From: Eledone cirrhosa
Taxonomy: Eukaryota
Reading direction: 5' to 3'
Length of the DNA stretch: 64,000 nt
NCBI GenBank assembly: GCA_964016885.1
Contig: OZ024757.1
Span: 1,674,001 to 1,738,000, forward strand
Part shown: in pieces, positions 35,968 to 50,008 of the stretch
Position numbering within the stretch: the first letter of the stretch is position 1
Layout of the letters: each line of letters begins with the position of its first letter
The notes under the pieces: model-generated
Database searches by the model: none
The model's input: only the letters and a program-made list of their open reading frames with translations
What the model was told of the DNA's origin: nothing
Program-made: the position numbers and the translations under genes

Positions 35968-38900
35968 GAGACATATCTACACACACACACAATAGCAATT
36001 AACAGCGCTGCGATCGAATGTGGCTTTTTAGCCCAGCCAATGATCTAAAATCTCTTGCACAGAGTTGGCAACCAAAACGTTCACTGGGAATAGCCGGCTG
36101 TGGTTGGAGTTCATGTACTTTTGCATGTCGCTTGAGCCCTCCTGCTGATTTATATTCTCTACCACATGCTTGGCAAGCTTGATGAGTAGCATCTCCAACA
36201 GCAGCTTGGTTGTTAACCACTGGTCTCACTTTATGATTGCCAAGATGACTTTCGAGTCCAGCTTTGCTTAGGCAGAGTATCGCACAGACGCTGCATGTCA
36301 GCACCATAGGAGGACCTTCGCCGTCTGGAAATCCAACAGCAATGCCCTTCCTCACATCCAGCTTTACTTTCTCGTATGCGATTCGAGATGCCTCAAAGGC
36401 AACTTTTCCCTCATATACAGTCTTTCTCCAATCAGCAGCAACATTTTGCCATATATCAGCAGAGATGTTAGCGTCTTTCAAAGAATCCTTATACCTCTTT
36501 TTTGGTTTATGTGGAGGTCGTTTTCCTTTAACTAACTCTTCATAAAAGAGTTGTTTTGGTATTCTAGAATCATTCATCCTGGCAAGGCGACCACTCCAAC
36601 GGAGTCGTTGCTTAAGCACAAGAGCTTCTATACTGTCAAACAGAGAGCTTTCCAAAATCTCGACATCACTGATGTGGTCCCTCCAGTGAACGCCATGGAT
36701 CCGTCTGAGACACATCTGATGGAAACGCTCCAATTGCTTAAGGTGGTGTCGATATGTGACCCAGGTCACGCAGGCATAAAGAAGAGAAGAGAGCACACAT
36801 GCCTTGTACACCTTTACCTTTGTCTTCTTGCATATGTCTCGCCGACCCCAGAGTCGCCTTTCTAGCTTTCCGAAAGCATCACTTGCTTTCCTAATCCTGA
36901 GTGGGATTTCATTATCAAGGTTACTGTATCGATTGACAGTGCTTCCCAGGTAGACAAACTGATCAACCACTCCAACTCGTTTACCATACACATAGTTATG
37001 TACTGCTTACCAGGAGCAGGTTGGTACATGACGACGGTTTTCTTGAGACTGACAGTCAATCCTAGGGCAGTGCAAGCATCAGAAAATGCATTCAAAATGT
37101 GCTGCATATCACTCTCTGTCTGCGCCACAAGATCGCAATCATCTGCATACAAGAGGTCTCTTATGATTGATGTAAATACTTTTGTTTTTGCAGCAAAGCG
37201 CCTGGTGTTAAATATGCTGCCTGAGGTTCGATATCAGATGTAAACACCATCCTCGCAATTCCTGAATGCAATATAGAAAACCATTGCAAAGTATACGGCA
37301 AACAGGGTCGGTGCTGGAATATCCCCCTGTTACACTCCATTTTTACTGAGATAGGCTCCGACATGTTACCTCCGACATTAACCCAAGCCTTCATGTCGTC
37401 ATGGAAAGACCTAACTAAAGCAAGGAACTTATCAGGGCAACCAAGTTTCTGGAGAACCTTCCATAATGCATTTCTGTTAACAGTATCGACAAAAACCTGA
37501 TACAGATCCAAACCTTGTTCCATGCTCTTCTCCTGGAGCTGTCTAGCTGAGAAGATCATATCAGTAGTGCCGCGTCCAGCACGAAAACCAGATTGACTTT
37601 CAGGAAGAACACAATCTGTGCAATATGTGTCAGCAGACGGTCCAGAAGCACCCTCACAAAACTTTCCCTATGACATTCCTGTTACCCTTTCCCTTGTACA
37701 AGACCACCATTACTGCATCTCTCCAGTCCTCGGGTACGGATTCATTCAAAGAGTGAAGATGTTGCAGAAGTCTCTCACCACCATATTGTAGGTGCTCTGC
37801 ATGTATGCCATCCATACCTGGAGACCTTCCACTGTTCAGCTTCGAGATAGCCACTGCAACCTCCACAAGCATCGGAGGTTCTGCGAGAGCTACTTTCTGG
37901 AATGAGATTAAGGAAATCTTCATTGACAACAGACGGCTGATTCAAAAGCTCATGAAAGTGCTCTCGCCACCTTCGTAGAATTCCTTGTGAGTCACAAATA
38001 AGTTCTTTGCCATCCTTGCTGCGAAGAAGATGGTCCATAAACTTCACGCAAGAGACTGTACAACAGCTTTGTGTTATTGGAATCTGATGCAGCTTGTATC
38101 TCATCAGCCTTCTCACTCCACCACTGATCCTTCGTCTGAGAAAGACTCCGCCTAACACATGATTTCACATCCTTGAGTTCTTTATGCAACATATTCTTCT
38201 CCTGTGGTTTTATTTATCATCAAGTAGCGTGACAGAGCACGCCTCTTATCAGCCAACAAGTCTTCTATATGTACATCATTCTCATTAAACCAGTCTTGAT
38301 GTTTTATCTGCACCAATCCCAGAACACGCCTGCCCACATCATAAACCGACTTTTTAAGGGTCGGCCAATCCTCACCAAGATCTGCAACCTGCGTCTCTTC
38401 TTGCAATGTCCTCTTCACATTTTTATCCCTAAGACGAGCAGCATTCAATCCTCTGGGCAGGGCAAAACCCAGAGCCCGGATTTTACGTTTAGTGATTAGT
38501 TTCACTTTTGCGCGTACCAGGCGGTTGTCTGTCCAGCACTCAGCTCCACGAAGAGCACGAACACACTGCACATCCCGTCTGTCATGCATCCTGACTAGGA
38601 CGTAGTCCAAAAGATGCCATTCCTTAGATGCAGGATGCATCCATGTGGTTTAAATTTGTTCTTTTGTTGGAACATGGTGTTGGTAACATACAGATCCAGC
38701 TCCTCACACATCTGCAGCAGGAGCATACCATTGTTGTTACACTTTCCCACCCCATGCCTTCCGATTACATTCCATGTGTTAAAACCCCTACCCACTCTAG
38801 CATTAAAGTCACCAAGCACGATGACTTTGTCTGCCTGAGGGATATTTCTTAAAACACCTTTCAAGGCATGGTAAAAGGACACTTTTTCTTCGACAGAATT

Positions 38901-39340
38901 CATAGTTGGAGCATACACACTCACCAGGGTCGCATATCTTCCTTTGTCCAGCGGAATTCTCATGGACATAAGACGCCCACTAATCCCTACTGGGAATTCT
39001 TCTAATTTATTCACAAGAACAGTCTTAACAGCAAATGCTACCCCAGCTTCTTTTCTGGTTCCTCCATCTCTTCCTTTCCAGAAGAATGTATATTCTCCAC
39101 AAAATTCTGTAAGATGACCATCTCCAGCTAACCTCGTCTCAGATAAAGCCACGATGTCATGATCGTAACGTCGAAGCTCCTTTGCAACAAGAGCGGTCCT
39201 TCGTTCAGGACGTTTCCAAGGAATCCCTGTCAAGCAGCGTCCGTACGTTCCAGCAGCCAAGACTAAATGCCTTGTTTGGCTCTATTACAGTGGCACGATG
39301 ACGAGCAGGCCCAGGCTGTGATAACATGGGGCCCCTGCCC
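35803..39340 (-). mobile_element. RTE-clade LINE, near full length, frameshifted (APE endonuclease + RT + C-terminal C2H2-like fingers)
   Basis: GCWNVRTLL, DIVALSETRL, VYAPT, LGDFNARVG, LLDYVLVR, YADD, FVYLGS, RIPKQLFY; 3' end cgaggggacagccatca. Confidence 0.92.
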
Positions 39341-39466
39341 TTATTACCAATTATCTCTTTTGTTCCAGAACCTTTATTGCCAATTATCTCTTTTATATTG
39401 TTTTGGATCATTGAATTGGGAAAAGAAAAAAAAAGTAATAATAATAGTAACAATAATAATAATAAT

Positions 39467-40512
39467 GATTTCTTTATTGGCCACAAGGGCTGACATCAAG
39501 AAAAACATTACAGACGGCACAGGGCGGTACGATGTGGGTTTTGTGTGTGTAAATATTTTTATTATTTATATAAAAAAATTTTTAAAAAAACAGAAACATA
39601 TATATATAAACAATAAAAATGAAAATTGAAACAATGAAAAATTCCCCAATAGGGAGGAAACCTCCGAGGGTTACTCGTGGCGAAAACCACACAAAAGACC
39701 GCGGCCACCCTGACCAGCAGAGCAAGCGCCCTCTCTCAATTTTTTCCATTTCTCAAACTACAGACGTATATTCAGAGCGGTCCCGTTCACTCGGACCATT
39801 CTCGCTACATTCACCCACCTTTCAACAAACTTGCTAGAAGGCAGCACTTGCCTCTCCACCCTGATTTTCCTCTTCAAGTTTAAACTTGAAAAAGTTAATT
39901 AGGGATTCGCCAAAGAGGAAAGTGTCTGTCTTTAACCCTTTTAACCTTGTCCACCACACAATCTCTTTCGCCATGGCCACCAGGCAGATGAAAACCGCCT
40001 GCCCTTCCTCCTCAAAGGAAGACGGCGTGACCATCTGCACAATGGACTCAGTCGATAACCGGATCAGTCCTACACACGACAGCAACTGTTCGACATAGCT
40101 CCACAAGTCAGCAATGCTCGGGCACTGAACGAGTGCGTGCACGACGGTTTCGTCGCTCTGCGCGCATCTCGGATAGGCTCGGCTGACGGCACTTCCGTGC
40201 CTGTAGAGCTTATCTCGAACCGGCAGCGCTCCCCGGTAGCACTGCCAGGCCAGGGATTTTTGGAAGTTATTCATAGGCCCTGGGCTGAAAGTTCTTCGGA
40301 AGAGAGCAAACAGCTGATCTTCTTCGACGCCCAGGATCTCTCCGAGAACGTCGTCGCTCTTCTCCTCCACTAGTCCTCTATAGAACGCCAAGGTGGATGT
40401 TCCACCGATACTGGTGTCCAGCTGGCAGAGGGCAGTGAGCGCCTGGAGACATTCCAGTTTCCAAGCGCTATCCCTCGGTCTTTTTCTGACCCAGGACTGC
40501 AGCTCTGTCAAG
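39467..40512 (-). mobile_element. Tx1/L1-clade LINE 3' fragment
   Basis: RC...ETVVHALVQC zinc-binding motif; 3' end cccttgtggccaataaagaaatc; homologous to 54514-56612. Confidence 0.85.
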
Positions 40513-40944
40513 AATATTTTTAAAGTGAAGAAAGACTGTGCACTGAGCCAATCCCACTCTCTGAGCGACTAGCTATAACCCGAAAAGAAGAAAAGATCAA
40601 CATCATTGGTAACTACTGAGCCGCAGGTTTTATGTCGGAGTTAACCCAGTTTCCTGAGATGCCTTCTCCTAGAAGAATGCCCTGACAAGGGCTAGGGGTT
40701 CTTCACTCCCAGTGGTTTAACTGCGCGATCGGGTATCCAGCCCGATTATTTCTATGTCCCGCGCATAAAGGAAAAAAAAAAACTCACTTATTGACACTTA
40801 TACGTACGACATTCACACACGCGAACACACACATATACATACGCGCGCACACACCAACATTCATGCATACAAACAAACACACACACGCTACTCACTTACT
40901 CCCACATATATATATATATATATATATATTACCGTCATTACTGA

Positions 40945-41445
40945 TTGGATTGGCAGTATCGGTGGAGGGTTGGACGCCATGCTTTCCAGCATAGTTACGT
41001 CCCTTTACGATCTGAGTTCAAATCCCACCGAGGTTGACTTTGCCTTTCATCCTTACGGGGTCGATAAAATAAAGTACCAGTAATGCACTGGGTAATTGCT
41101 GGCCTTGTGCCTAAAGTAATTGCTGGCCTTGTGCCTAAAGTAGAAACAATTACTGATATATGATTACAAGATTATGTCAACTGCTGACTTTCAAGAGTTC
41201 GTATAGTTGAAGCCGTTCGTATTACAGTCCAGTATTATTATAATTGCTTTATAGGCGGTGGATTGGCAGTATCGGTAGAGGGTCGGACGTCATGCTTTGA
41301 CGCATAGAGTTACGGCCCTTGCCATTCTGAGTTCAAATCCCGCCGAGGTTAACTTTGCCTTTCATCCTTACGGGGTCGATAAAATAAAGTACCAGTAATG
41401 CACTGGGTGATTGCTGGCCTTGTGCCAAAAGTAGAAACAATTATA
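40945..41445 (+). mobile_element. Two tandem tRNA-derived SINEs (40945-41150, 41254-41445)
   Basis: tggcagtatcgg A box, gttcaaatcc B box, ctttgcctttcatcc..ggggtcgataaaataaagtaccag body; further copies at 54100-54295 (-), 56893-56990, 58678-58755 and 61740-61870 (-). Confidence 0.85.
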
Positions 41446-41966
41446 ATTGCTTTACAGCATAGAGGTATGGCCCTCCACGCTCCGAGCTCAAGTTGATGTG
41501 TGTGTGTTTTGTTATTTTGTGTTTTTTGTTGTTGTTTTTATCGTTTGATGCCGCTGTTGTTGTTGTAAATGTTCATTTCAATTCATTCTGAAGCTGTTGT
41601 TGCTGTAAACATTAGTGCCGGTGTTGTAGATGTTGGGGTTGAAATCGGGTCGTTTGACTGAGTGATGTATATACACACATATACATACATATATATATAT
41701 ATATACACACACACATTCAACAGAGTAGAGAGTTTGACAACAGGTCGGTGACTTCAGTCTACAAGGGTAATGACAAGTGTAAATGTAAATGTGATGGTGG
41801 GGAGAGAGTGTAGACGTTATTGTGGCGGGGGGGGGGGGGGGGGGGGCAGTGAGATGTATCTAGTTCTATATATATATGTATACTTATGTAATAAACAACA
41901 TAAGGCAATTATTTCATTTACCCGTGGTTTCTTAAAAATCCAACGCCAATAAATACACCATGATTT

Positions 41967-42027
41967 TTTCATTCTGATGATTGAAAGCAAAATTTGTTTG
42001 CTTTTAAGAAACCACGGGTAAATGAAA
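41967..42027 (+). ncRNA. Type I hammerhead ribozyme (family L)
   Basis: tttcatt CTGATGA ttgaaagcaaa..tttgcttttaa GAAA cc acg gg TA aatgaaa; GUA site; inverted partial copy at 41884-41937. Confidence 0.9.
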
Positions 42028-42525
42028 TAATTGCCTTATGTTGTTTATTACATAACAATTAATCTCTGTAACCTACATAGAGCACTCTTTTTCCCTGGAC
42101 TTTTCCGACGGAATTACTTCATTCATACATATATATGTATATGTAAATGAAAAGTATAGAAATTATTGTAGCAAGAAGCCAACAGTATTCCATATTTATA
42201 TATATGTATATACATATATATATATATACATATATATAGATATATATACATATATATATAAACCATTGAACCCCACTCATCCTGTAGACACCTGTCTTAC
42301 AGGCATTGTTAGTCTAAGTGATAAACAAGGATTGGTATTCCAATTTTGAATTTGTTTATAGTATTTTTTCTGCCTTTGTTAATACTATAACTTTAAAGGA
42401 TGAGCTTTTAATGAACTCCCTTTTCTTTGAATCCTTCAACCAATGACCTCCACCCATCCCAATCCCCACCCTCTCCTACCACCAGATAAGGAAAGATATA
42501 AATACTACCACTTATTTGGACAGCC

Positions 42526-42576
42526 AGCTTTCTGGTGATTTCTCACGAATGAAACAGTTCTAGTCCTGTAGAAGCT
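42526..42576 (+). ncRNA. Hammerhead motif with A6G core change (family M)
   Basis: agcttt CTGGTGA t-ttc tcac gaa-t GAAA cag ttctagtc ctg TA gaagct. Confidence 0.7.
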
Positions 42577-42814
42577 CTTCTATATTAAAACTGTTATACT
42601 CTATGTATTGAGTACCTTACTTACTGTGGTTACCTCCGATTCAACCCGGAATAACTTTATATATATGTATATATATATATATATCTGTTAGACACGCAGT
42701 GACTAATAACAGAATGTTTTACATCTGCATGTCTGACATATATGCGTAGCTTGTGAATAAAAAATTCAAGGGGTATCGCTCGCCGAGGTGATCCCTGCCA
42801 AAATGTTTTGTAAT

Positions 42815-43044
42815 GTATCGTCTTATTGGCTAATTTCATCGTCTTATTGGTTAATCAACCAACGAGAGTAATTGTTGTTCAAAAGCATCCGCCATTTTGT
42901 TTGCACGTTTATTTATCGTTTCGCTTTCAAATCTTCTTCCTGTATTTCGTCGTTTATCATCAAAATATTTTTCTCGTTTTGGTAAGTTATATTGTTAATT
43001 TATATATGAATTTTTAAATTTATATTAACTATTTTTTTTTTCAG
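42815..43044 (+). promoter_or_regulatory. Candidate Pol II promoter/first exon with short intron
   Basis: Two ATTGG (inverted CCAAT) boxes at 42825 and 42846; YY1-type ccgccatttt at 42889; donor g|gtaagt at 42982; branch-like tattaac and (t)n cag acceptor at 43044. Confidence 0.5.
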
Positions 43045-43412
43045 TTCGTTATAACATGCTTATAATATTGGTTGTATATGTCCATATTATTGTTCGTTTT
43101 ATGTTAGATTATTTTATTATTATGTTAGATTATTTTTTTATTATTATGTTAGACTATTTGTATGTAATATTTAATTTTTATTAATTCAACTATAACAATT
43201 ATTATGTAAAATATATTTATTTAACATTGATTGTTTTTTGTAGTTGTTTATATTAAAAGTCTGAAAATATTGTTATACATCTTACAATAATATTTATAAG
43301 ATCATTTATAAAATAACAATTATATAATCTAATTACATTACAACGATAATTTATTATTAATATATATCATGTTTAACTAGAGTTATTACAAGCGTTGCCT
43401 TAAAAATATTAA

Positions 43413-43855
43413 ACTAGACCTGAAAAATGCTCAAAAGAGCCACAGAATGTTATAATAAACCTTCAAAAGTGTGGGACTAGAGTTGTTACTCAAAAATATT
43501 GTAACCATTATCTATCGTACACTCTGTGGCATCCTTTTATAAAAAAAAAAGAGACTCATAACGAACTCAAGACGACACGATAATTATTTAAGTGAATATA
43601 TAATATAGAATTCGGTTTAAGTGCATTTCTTATTAATCATTAATAAACATCTAATATGAAATATTGAACATTAGCTTAAATAATTATCGTGTCATCTTGA
43701 GTTCGTTATAAGTCTCTTTTTTATAAAAGGATGCCACAGAATGTACGATAGATAATGATTACAATATTTTTGAGTAACAACTCTAGTCCCACACTTTTGA
43801 AGATTTATTATAACATTCTGTAGCTCTTTTGAGCTTCCGCATTTTTCAGTCTAGT
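43413..43855. repeat. Diverged inverted repeat, about 180-bp arms (43413-43592, 43675-43855)
   Basis: Arms are reverse complements with several substitutions and indels. Confidence 0.9.
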
Positions 43856-43901
43856 ATATATGTGTGTGTGTGTGCATATATATATATCTGTGTGTGTATA
43901 C

Positions 43902-44007
<106 letters not shown>

Positions 44008-44420
44008 TCATTGTCATTACAACCACAGAAGTCCGACAAGCTTTTGATTCCAGAGTTGGACCAGATCGATATAAATCGAATCTTGGGGGTTAGAAAGAGG
44101 TGTTGGTGGTGTGGGCAGGGGGGGGGGGGGGGCAGTGACAGAAATGGAAAAATATTTCTTCTAGAACAAACAGGTCTATTTAAGTGACCATCCCTTGGTG
44201 TATATCATCAGTGTTGTTTTAACATCTACTCTCCTTGGTAGCAAGGGTTGGTCAGGTTCATATATGCTAAGTCCACACTAAAGCAGGGCCACTGATCTCC
44301 CAGGGACCTGTGTAGTAATATATCTTTCCAACCATGACCATCCCATATAGATGCATATTCATACACACAGTAATACAGAAGAACCTCTCCCCTTCCCATG
44401 GGTACAGGCTGAAGCTGAAG

Positions 44421-44452
<32 letters not shown>

Positions 44453-44457
44453 CACAC

Positions 44458-44508
<51 letters not shown>

Positions 44509-44699
44509 TATATACATTTCATTTTATGTCCGCTTCTCCCTGCTTGCAAGGGTGGGACGGGAATTGATTCTGGCTTAATTTCTACAGCTGGATGCCCTTC
44601 CTAACACCAACCTCATTTACAGTGAGTGCTGGGTGCTTTTCTGCCGTGGCACCTCCACGTCCACTTTGCAGTGGAATGATAGGGACCCCAGTCCCTATC

Positions 44700-44839
44700 A
44701 TCTCATTTCTACAGCTGAGTAAACTGGAGCAATGTGAAATAAAGTGTCTTGCTCAAGGAAACAACACATCACCCGGTCTGAGAATTGAACTCACAACCTT
44801 TCGATTGTAAGGCCAATGCTTTAACCACTAAGCCATGGC
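44700..44839 (-). mobile_element. tRNA-derived SINE head
   Basis: Minus strand tggcttagtgg A box and gttcaattct B box; same body as 14985-15094. Confidence 0.75.
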
Positions 44840-45625
44840 CTTTAGGAAGGAAAATAGGGCACTGGTCCCCTCTGGGAAATGGCCATGCTCAGTGTGTAGG
44901 AAAGGAGTAGGCAGAAACTCCATTTTATGTCCCAAATGCAAAGTATGGGTGCATAAAAGATGTAGTGGGATCACAGGTAAACTAACTAAGAACATAGATT
45001 TTATATGTGCGCAGTGCTCAGGTGCAATAAGTAGCAAGTGCCCACAGGATACTAGCTCCTTCTATTGCCCAGATGGTTCTATAGAAATAGTGGACACCTT
45101 CCGTTACCTGAGTGACAAAATCAGCAGTGGTGGAGGGTGCTCTGAAAGTACAGTAGTCAGAACGGGATGGAAAAAGTTCAGAGAGCTTATACCACTATTG
45201 GCCGCTAAAGGTTTCTCTCTAAAAATGAAAGGCAGACTGTATGATGCCTGCATACGAACAGCAATGCTACATGGCAGTGAGACATGGGCATTGTGTGCAG
45301 AGGATCTATGCAGACTGGAAAGGAACGAAGCATGCATGCTCCGTTGGATGTGTAATAGTAATATATGTGAACGGCAAAGCATAAATGAACTAAGTGAGAA
45401 ATTAGGAATAAGAGGGATCAGATGCTGTTTACTCAAGAGAAGACTATGTTGGTATGGTCATGTAATACGCATGAAAGACGACAGCTGTATAAAAAAGTGT
45501 GCAGGTCGATCAAAATAGATGAAAGTTACGGAGTAGGTAGACCAGAAAAACCTGGGATGATTTGATAAATTGCGACCTTACACACTTACACCTCTCCAAG
45601 ACAATGTCACTTGACCGAGATCTTT
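44840..45625 (+). mobile_element. RTE-clade LINE fragment with PHD-like Cys cluster
   Basis: WPCSVCRKGVGRNSILCPKCKVWVHKRC..CAQC, then FRYL, GWKKFREL, HGSETWAL, RRL.WYGHV.RM. Confidence 0.85.
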
Positions 45626-45699
45626 GCTATCCCCACTCCCATCTACACCACCCTTTTCTCTGTAAAGTTATGTTGGTGCCACAACATCCAGTCCTAAAT

Positions 45700-46195
45700 A
45701 AATGGGTTCATGTAGGTGTCACGACAAAAAAAATACACACAGTCCATGCTGTAATGTGGCCGTGTAGGTAATACGGTAAAAACCTCCCGGTCCACACTGT
45801 AAACGTGGTTGGTGTTAGGAAGGGCATCCAGCCATAGAAAACCTGCCAGACAGTCCTATACGAGCAAGACAACCAATCTTGCCTCATGTGAGACAATTCC
45901 CGTCTAAACCCATGCTAGCATGGAAGATAGACGTTAAACGATGATGATGATATATATATATAGGATGCACCACCTTCACCTCCACCCCACACTTCCATAC
46001 ACTTCCCATGAGGAAAGGCTGAAGTACACATCTATTAAAATACCCAGCCCACATTGTAACGTGGTCATGTAGGTGTCACAACAAAAAGCCCCCAGTAAAG
46101 TGGTCATGTAGGTGTCACAACAAAAAGCACCCAGCCCACACTGTAAAGTGGTCATGTAGGTATCATGGTAAAAACACCCAGCCCTCACTGTAAGG
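45700..46195 (+). mobile_element. SINE body and RTE-type tail (gacgttaaacgatgatgatga) plus 48-bp unit copies
   Basis: ggtgttaggaagggcatccagcc motif, also at 44585-44640 (-) and 53865-53890. Confidence 0.7.
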
Positions 46196-46563
46196 AAACC
46201 CTTCAAGTGGGGCTAAGGAGGGGTGGGGTGCATATGACTTAATCAGTCACTGCACCAGGTGACATATTAGTAATGTCAGCCCTTTACAGGTATTTATTAA
46301 GTTCCAACAGGTAAATGTCATCGTAGATACATCTGATGTCACACCTGAAACTAGTATGTATGTGTGTGTGTATGTATGTGTATGTGTGTATGTATGTATG
46401 TCTGTGTATGTATGTATGTATGTATGTGTCTGTGTGTATGTATGTATGTGTCTGTGTATCACCAACAACAATATCTGTAGTTGACAATAAAAGACTGTTT
46501 GGAATCTGAAAATGTCAGATTTTATCTGAATAATTTATAAGGTGAGTCTTTAATAACGAGACT

Positions 46564-49500
46564 GTGTATATACACTATATATACACTATATATGGTGTAT
46601 ATACACTATATACAGTGTATATACACTACATATACACTATATATGGTGTATATACACTATATATACACTATATATGGTATATATACACTATATATGGTAT
46701 ATATACACTATATACAGTGTATATACATTATATACAGTGTATATACACTACATATACACTATATATGGTGTATATACACTATATATGGTGTATATACACT
46801 ATATATACACTATATATGGTGTATATACATTATATATACACTATATACAGTGTATATACACTATATATGGTGTATATACACTATATATGGTGTATATACA
46901 CTATATATACACTGTATATATACTATATATACACTGTATATACACTATATATACACTGTATATACACTATATATACACTGTATATAGTGTATATACACTA
47001 TATATACACTGTATATATACACTATATACAGTGTATATACACTATATATAGTGTATATACACTATATATACACTATATATAGTGTGTATACACTATATAT
47101 AGTGTATATACACTGTATATAGTGTATATATACACTATATATAGTGTATATATACACTATATATAGTGTATATATACACTATATATAGTGTATATATACA
47201 CTATATATAGTGTATATATACACTGTATATAGTGTATATATACACTATATATATAGTGTATATATACACTGTATATAGTGTATATATACACTATATATAG
47301 TGTATATATATACACTGTATATAGTGTATATATATACACTGTATATAGTGTATATATACACTATATATAGTGTATATATACTATATATATAGTCTATATA
47401 TACTATATATATAGTCTATATATACTATATATATAGTGCATATATACTATATATATAGTGTATATATAGTGTATATATACACTTATATATAGTGTATATA
47501 CACTATAAACAATGTATATACACTATATATACACTATATATAGTGTATATATACTATATATACACTTATATAGTGTATATACACTATATATACACTATAT
47601 ACAGTATAAACAATATATATACACTATATATGGTGTATGTACACTATATATACACTATATATGGTGTATATACATTATATATACACTATATATGGTGTAT
47701 ATACACTATATATACACTATATGGTGCATATACACTATATATACACTATATGGTGTATATACACTATATATAGTGTATATACACTATATATAGTGTATAT
47801 ACACTATATATACACTATATATAGTGTATGTACAGTATATATAATGTATGTACACTATATATATAGTGTATATACACAATATATAGTGTATATACACAAT
47901 ATATAGTGTATATACACAATATATAGTGTATATACACTATATATATAGTGTATATACACTATATATATAGTGTATATACACTATATATAGTGTATATACA
48001 CTATATATAGTGTATATACACTATATATATAGTGTATATACACTATATATATAGTGTATATACACTATATATATAGTGTATATACACTATATATAGTGTA
48101 TATACACTATATATAGTGTATATACACTATATATAGTGTATATACACTATATATAGTGTATATATACACTATATAGTGTATATATACACTATATAGTGTA
48201 TATATACACTATATATAGTGTTTATACACCATATATAGTGTTTATACACCATATATAGTGTATATACACTATATATAGTGTATATACACTATATATAGTG
48301 TATATACACTATATATAGTGTATATACACTATATATAAGTGTATATATACACTGTATATAGTGTATATATACACTATATATAGTGTATATATACACTGTA
48401 TATAGTGTATATATACACTATATATAGTGTATATATACTATATATATAGTGCATATATAGTGTATATATACACTATATATATAGTGTATATATACACTAT
48501 ATATAGTGTATATATACACTATATATAGTGTATACATACACTATATATAGTGTATATACACTAATATATAGTGCAAATATACACTTATATATAGTGTATA
48601 TACACACTTATATATAGTTTATATACACTATATACAATATATATAGTGTAAATATACACTATATATACACATATATATTGTATATACACTATATATAGTG
48701 TATATACACTATATATAGTGTATATACACTATATATAGTGTATATATACACTATATAGTGTATATATACACTATATATAGTGTTTATACACCATATATAG
48801 TGTTTACACACCATATATAGTGTTTATACACCATATATAGTGTATATACACCATATATAGTGTATATACACCATATATAGTGTACATACACTATATATAT
48901 AGTGTACATACACTATATATATAGTGTACATACGCTATATATATAGTGTAATACACTATATATACACTATATAGTGTATATATACACTATATATAGTGTA
49001 TATACACTATATATACACTATATATACACTCTATATAGTGTATATATACACTATATATAGTGTATATACACTATATATCCACTTATATAGTGTACATACA
49101 CTATATATACACTATATACAGTGTATATACACTATATATAGTGTAAATATACACTATATATACACTTATATATAGTGTATATACACTATATATACACTAT
49201 ATATACACTATATATAGTGTATATAGACTATATAGTGTATATATACACTATATATAGTGTATATATACACTATATATAGTGTATATATACACTATATATA
49301 ATGTATATATATTCTATATATAGTGTATATATACACTAGATATAGTGTATACTAGATATAGTGTATATATACACTAGATATAGTGTATATATACACTAGA
49401 TATAGTGTATATACACCATATATAGTGTACATACACTATATATATATAGTGTACATACACTATATATATAGTGTATATACACTATATATAGTGTATATAT

Positions 49501-50008
49501 AGTGTATATGCACTATATAGTGTATATATGGTGTATATATAGTGTATATATACACTATATATAGTGTATATATAGTGTATATATAATGTATATTTACACT
49601 GTATATAGTGTATATATAATGTATATATACACTGTATATACACTGTATATAGTGTATATATATAGTGTATATACACTATATATAGTGTATATAAACACTA
49701 TATATAGTGTATATACACTATATATAGTGTATATACACTATATATAGTGTATATATACACTATATATAGTGTATATACACGATATATATTGTACATACAC
49801 TATATATAGTGTATATACACTATATATAGTGTTTATATAGTGTATATACACTATATATAGTCTATATACACTATATATAGTGTATATATACACTATATAT
49901 AGTGTGTGTATAGTGTATATATACACTATATATAGTGTATATACACTATATATAGTGTATATACACTATATATAGTGTATACATACACTATATATATAGT
50001 GTATATAC
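46564..50008. repeat. 3.4-kb minisatellite built from self-complementary units (tatatagtgtatatacactata)
   Basis: Alternating palindromes gtgtatatacac and ctatatatag. Confidence 0.95.

Noticed and set aside
44166-44217. Minus-strand CTGATGA with possible stem I
   Set aside because: GAAA reads TAAA and there is no stem III or NUH site; at best a decayed relic, not counted.
46325-46362. Hammerhead-like CTGATGT...GAAActagTA
   Set aside because: A9 missing, stem II cannot pair, stem I out of register; overlaps a candidate splice acceptor.
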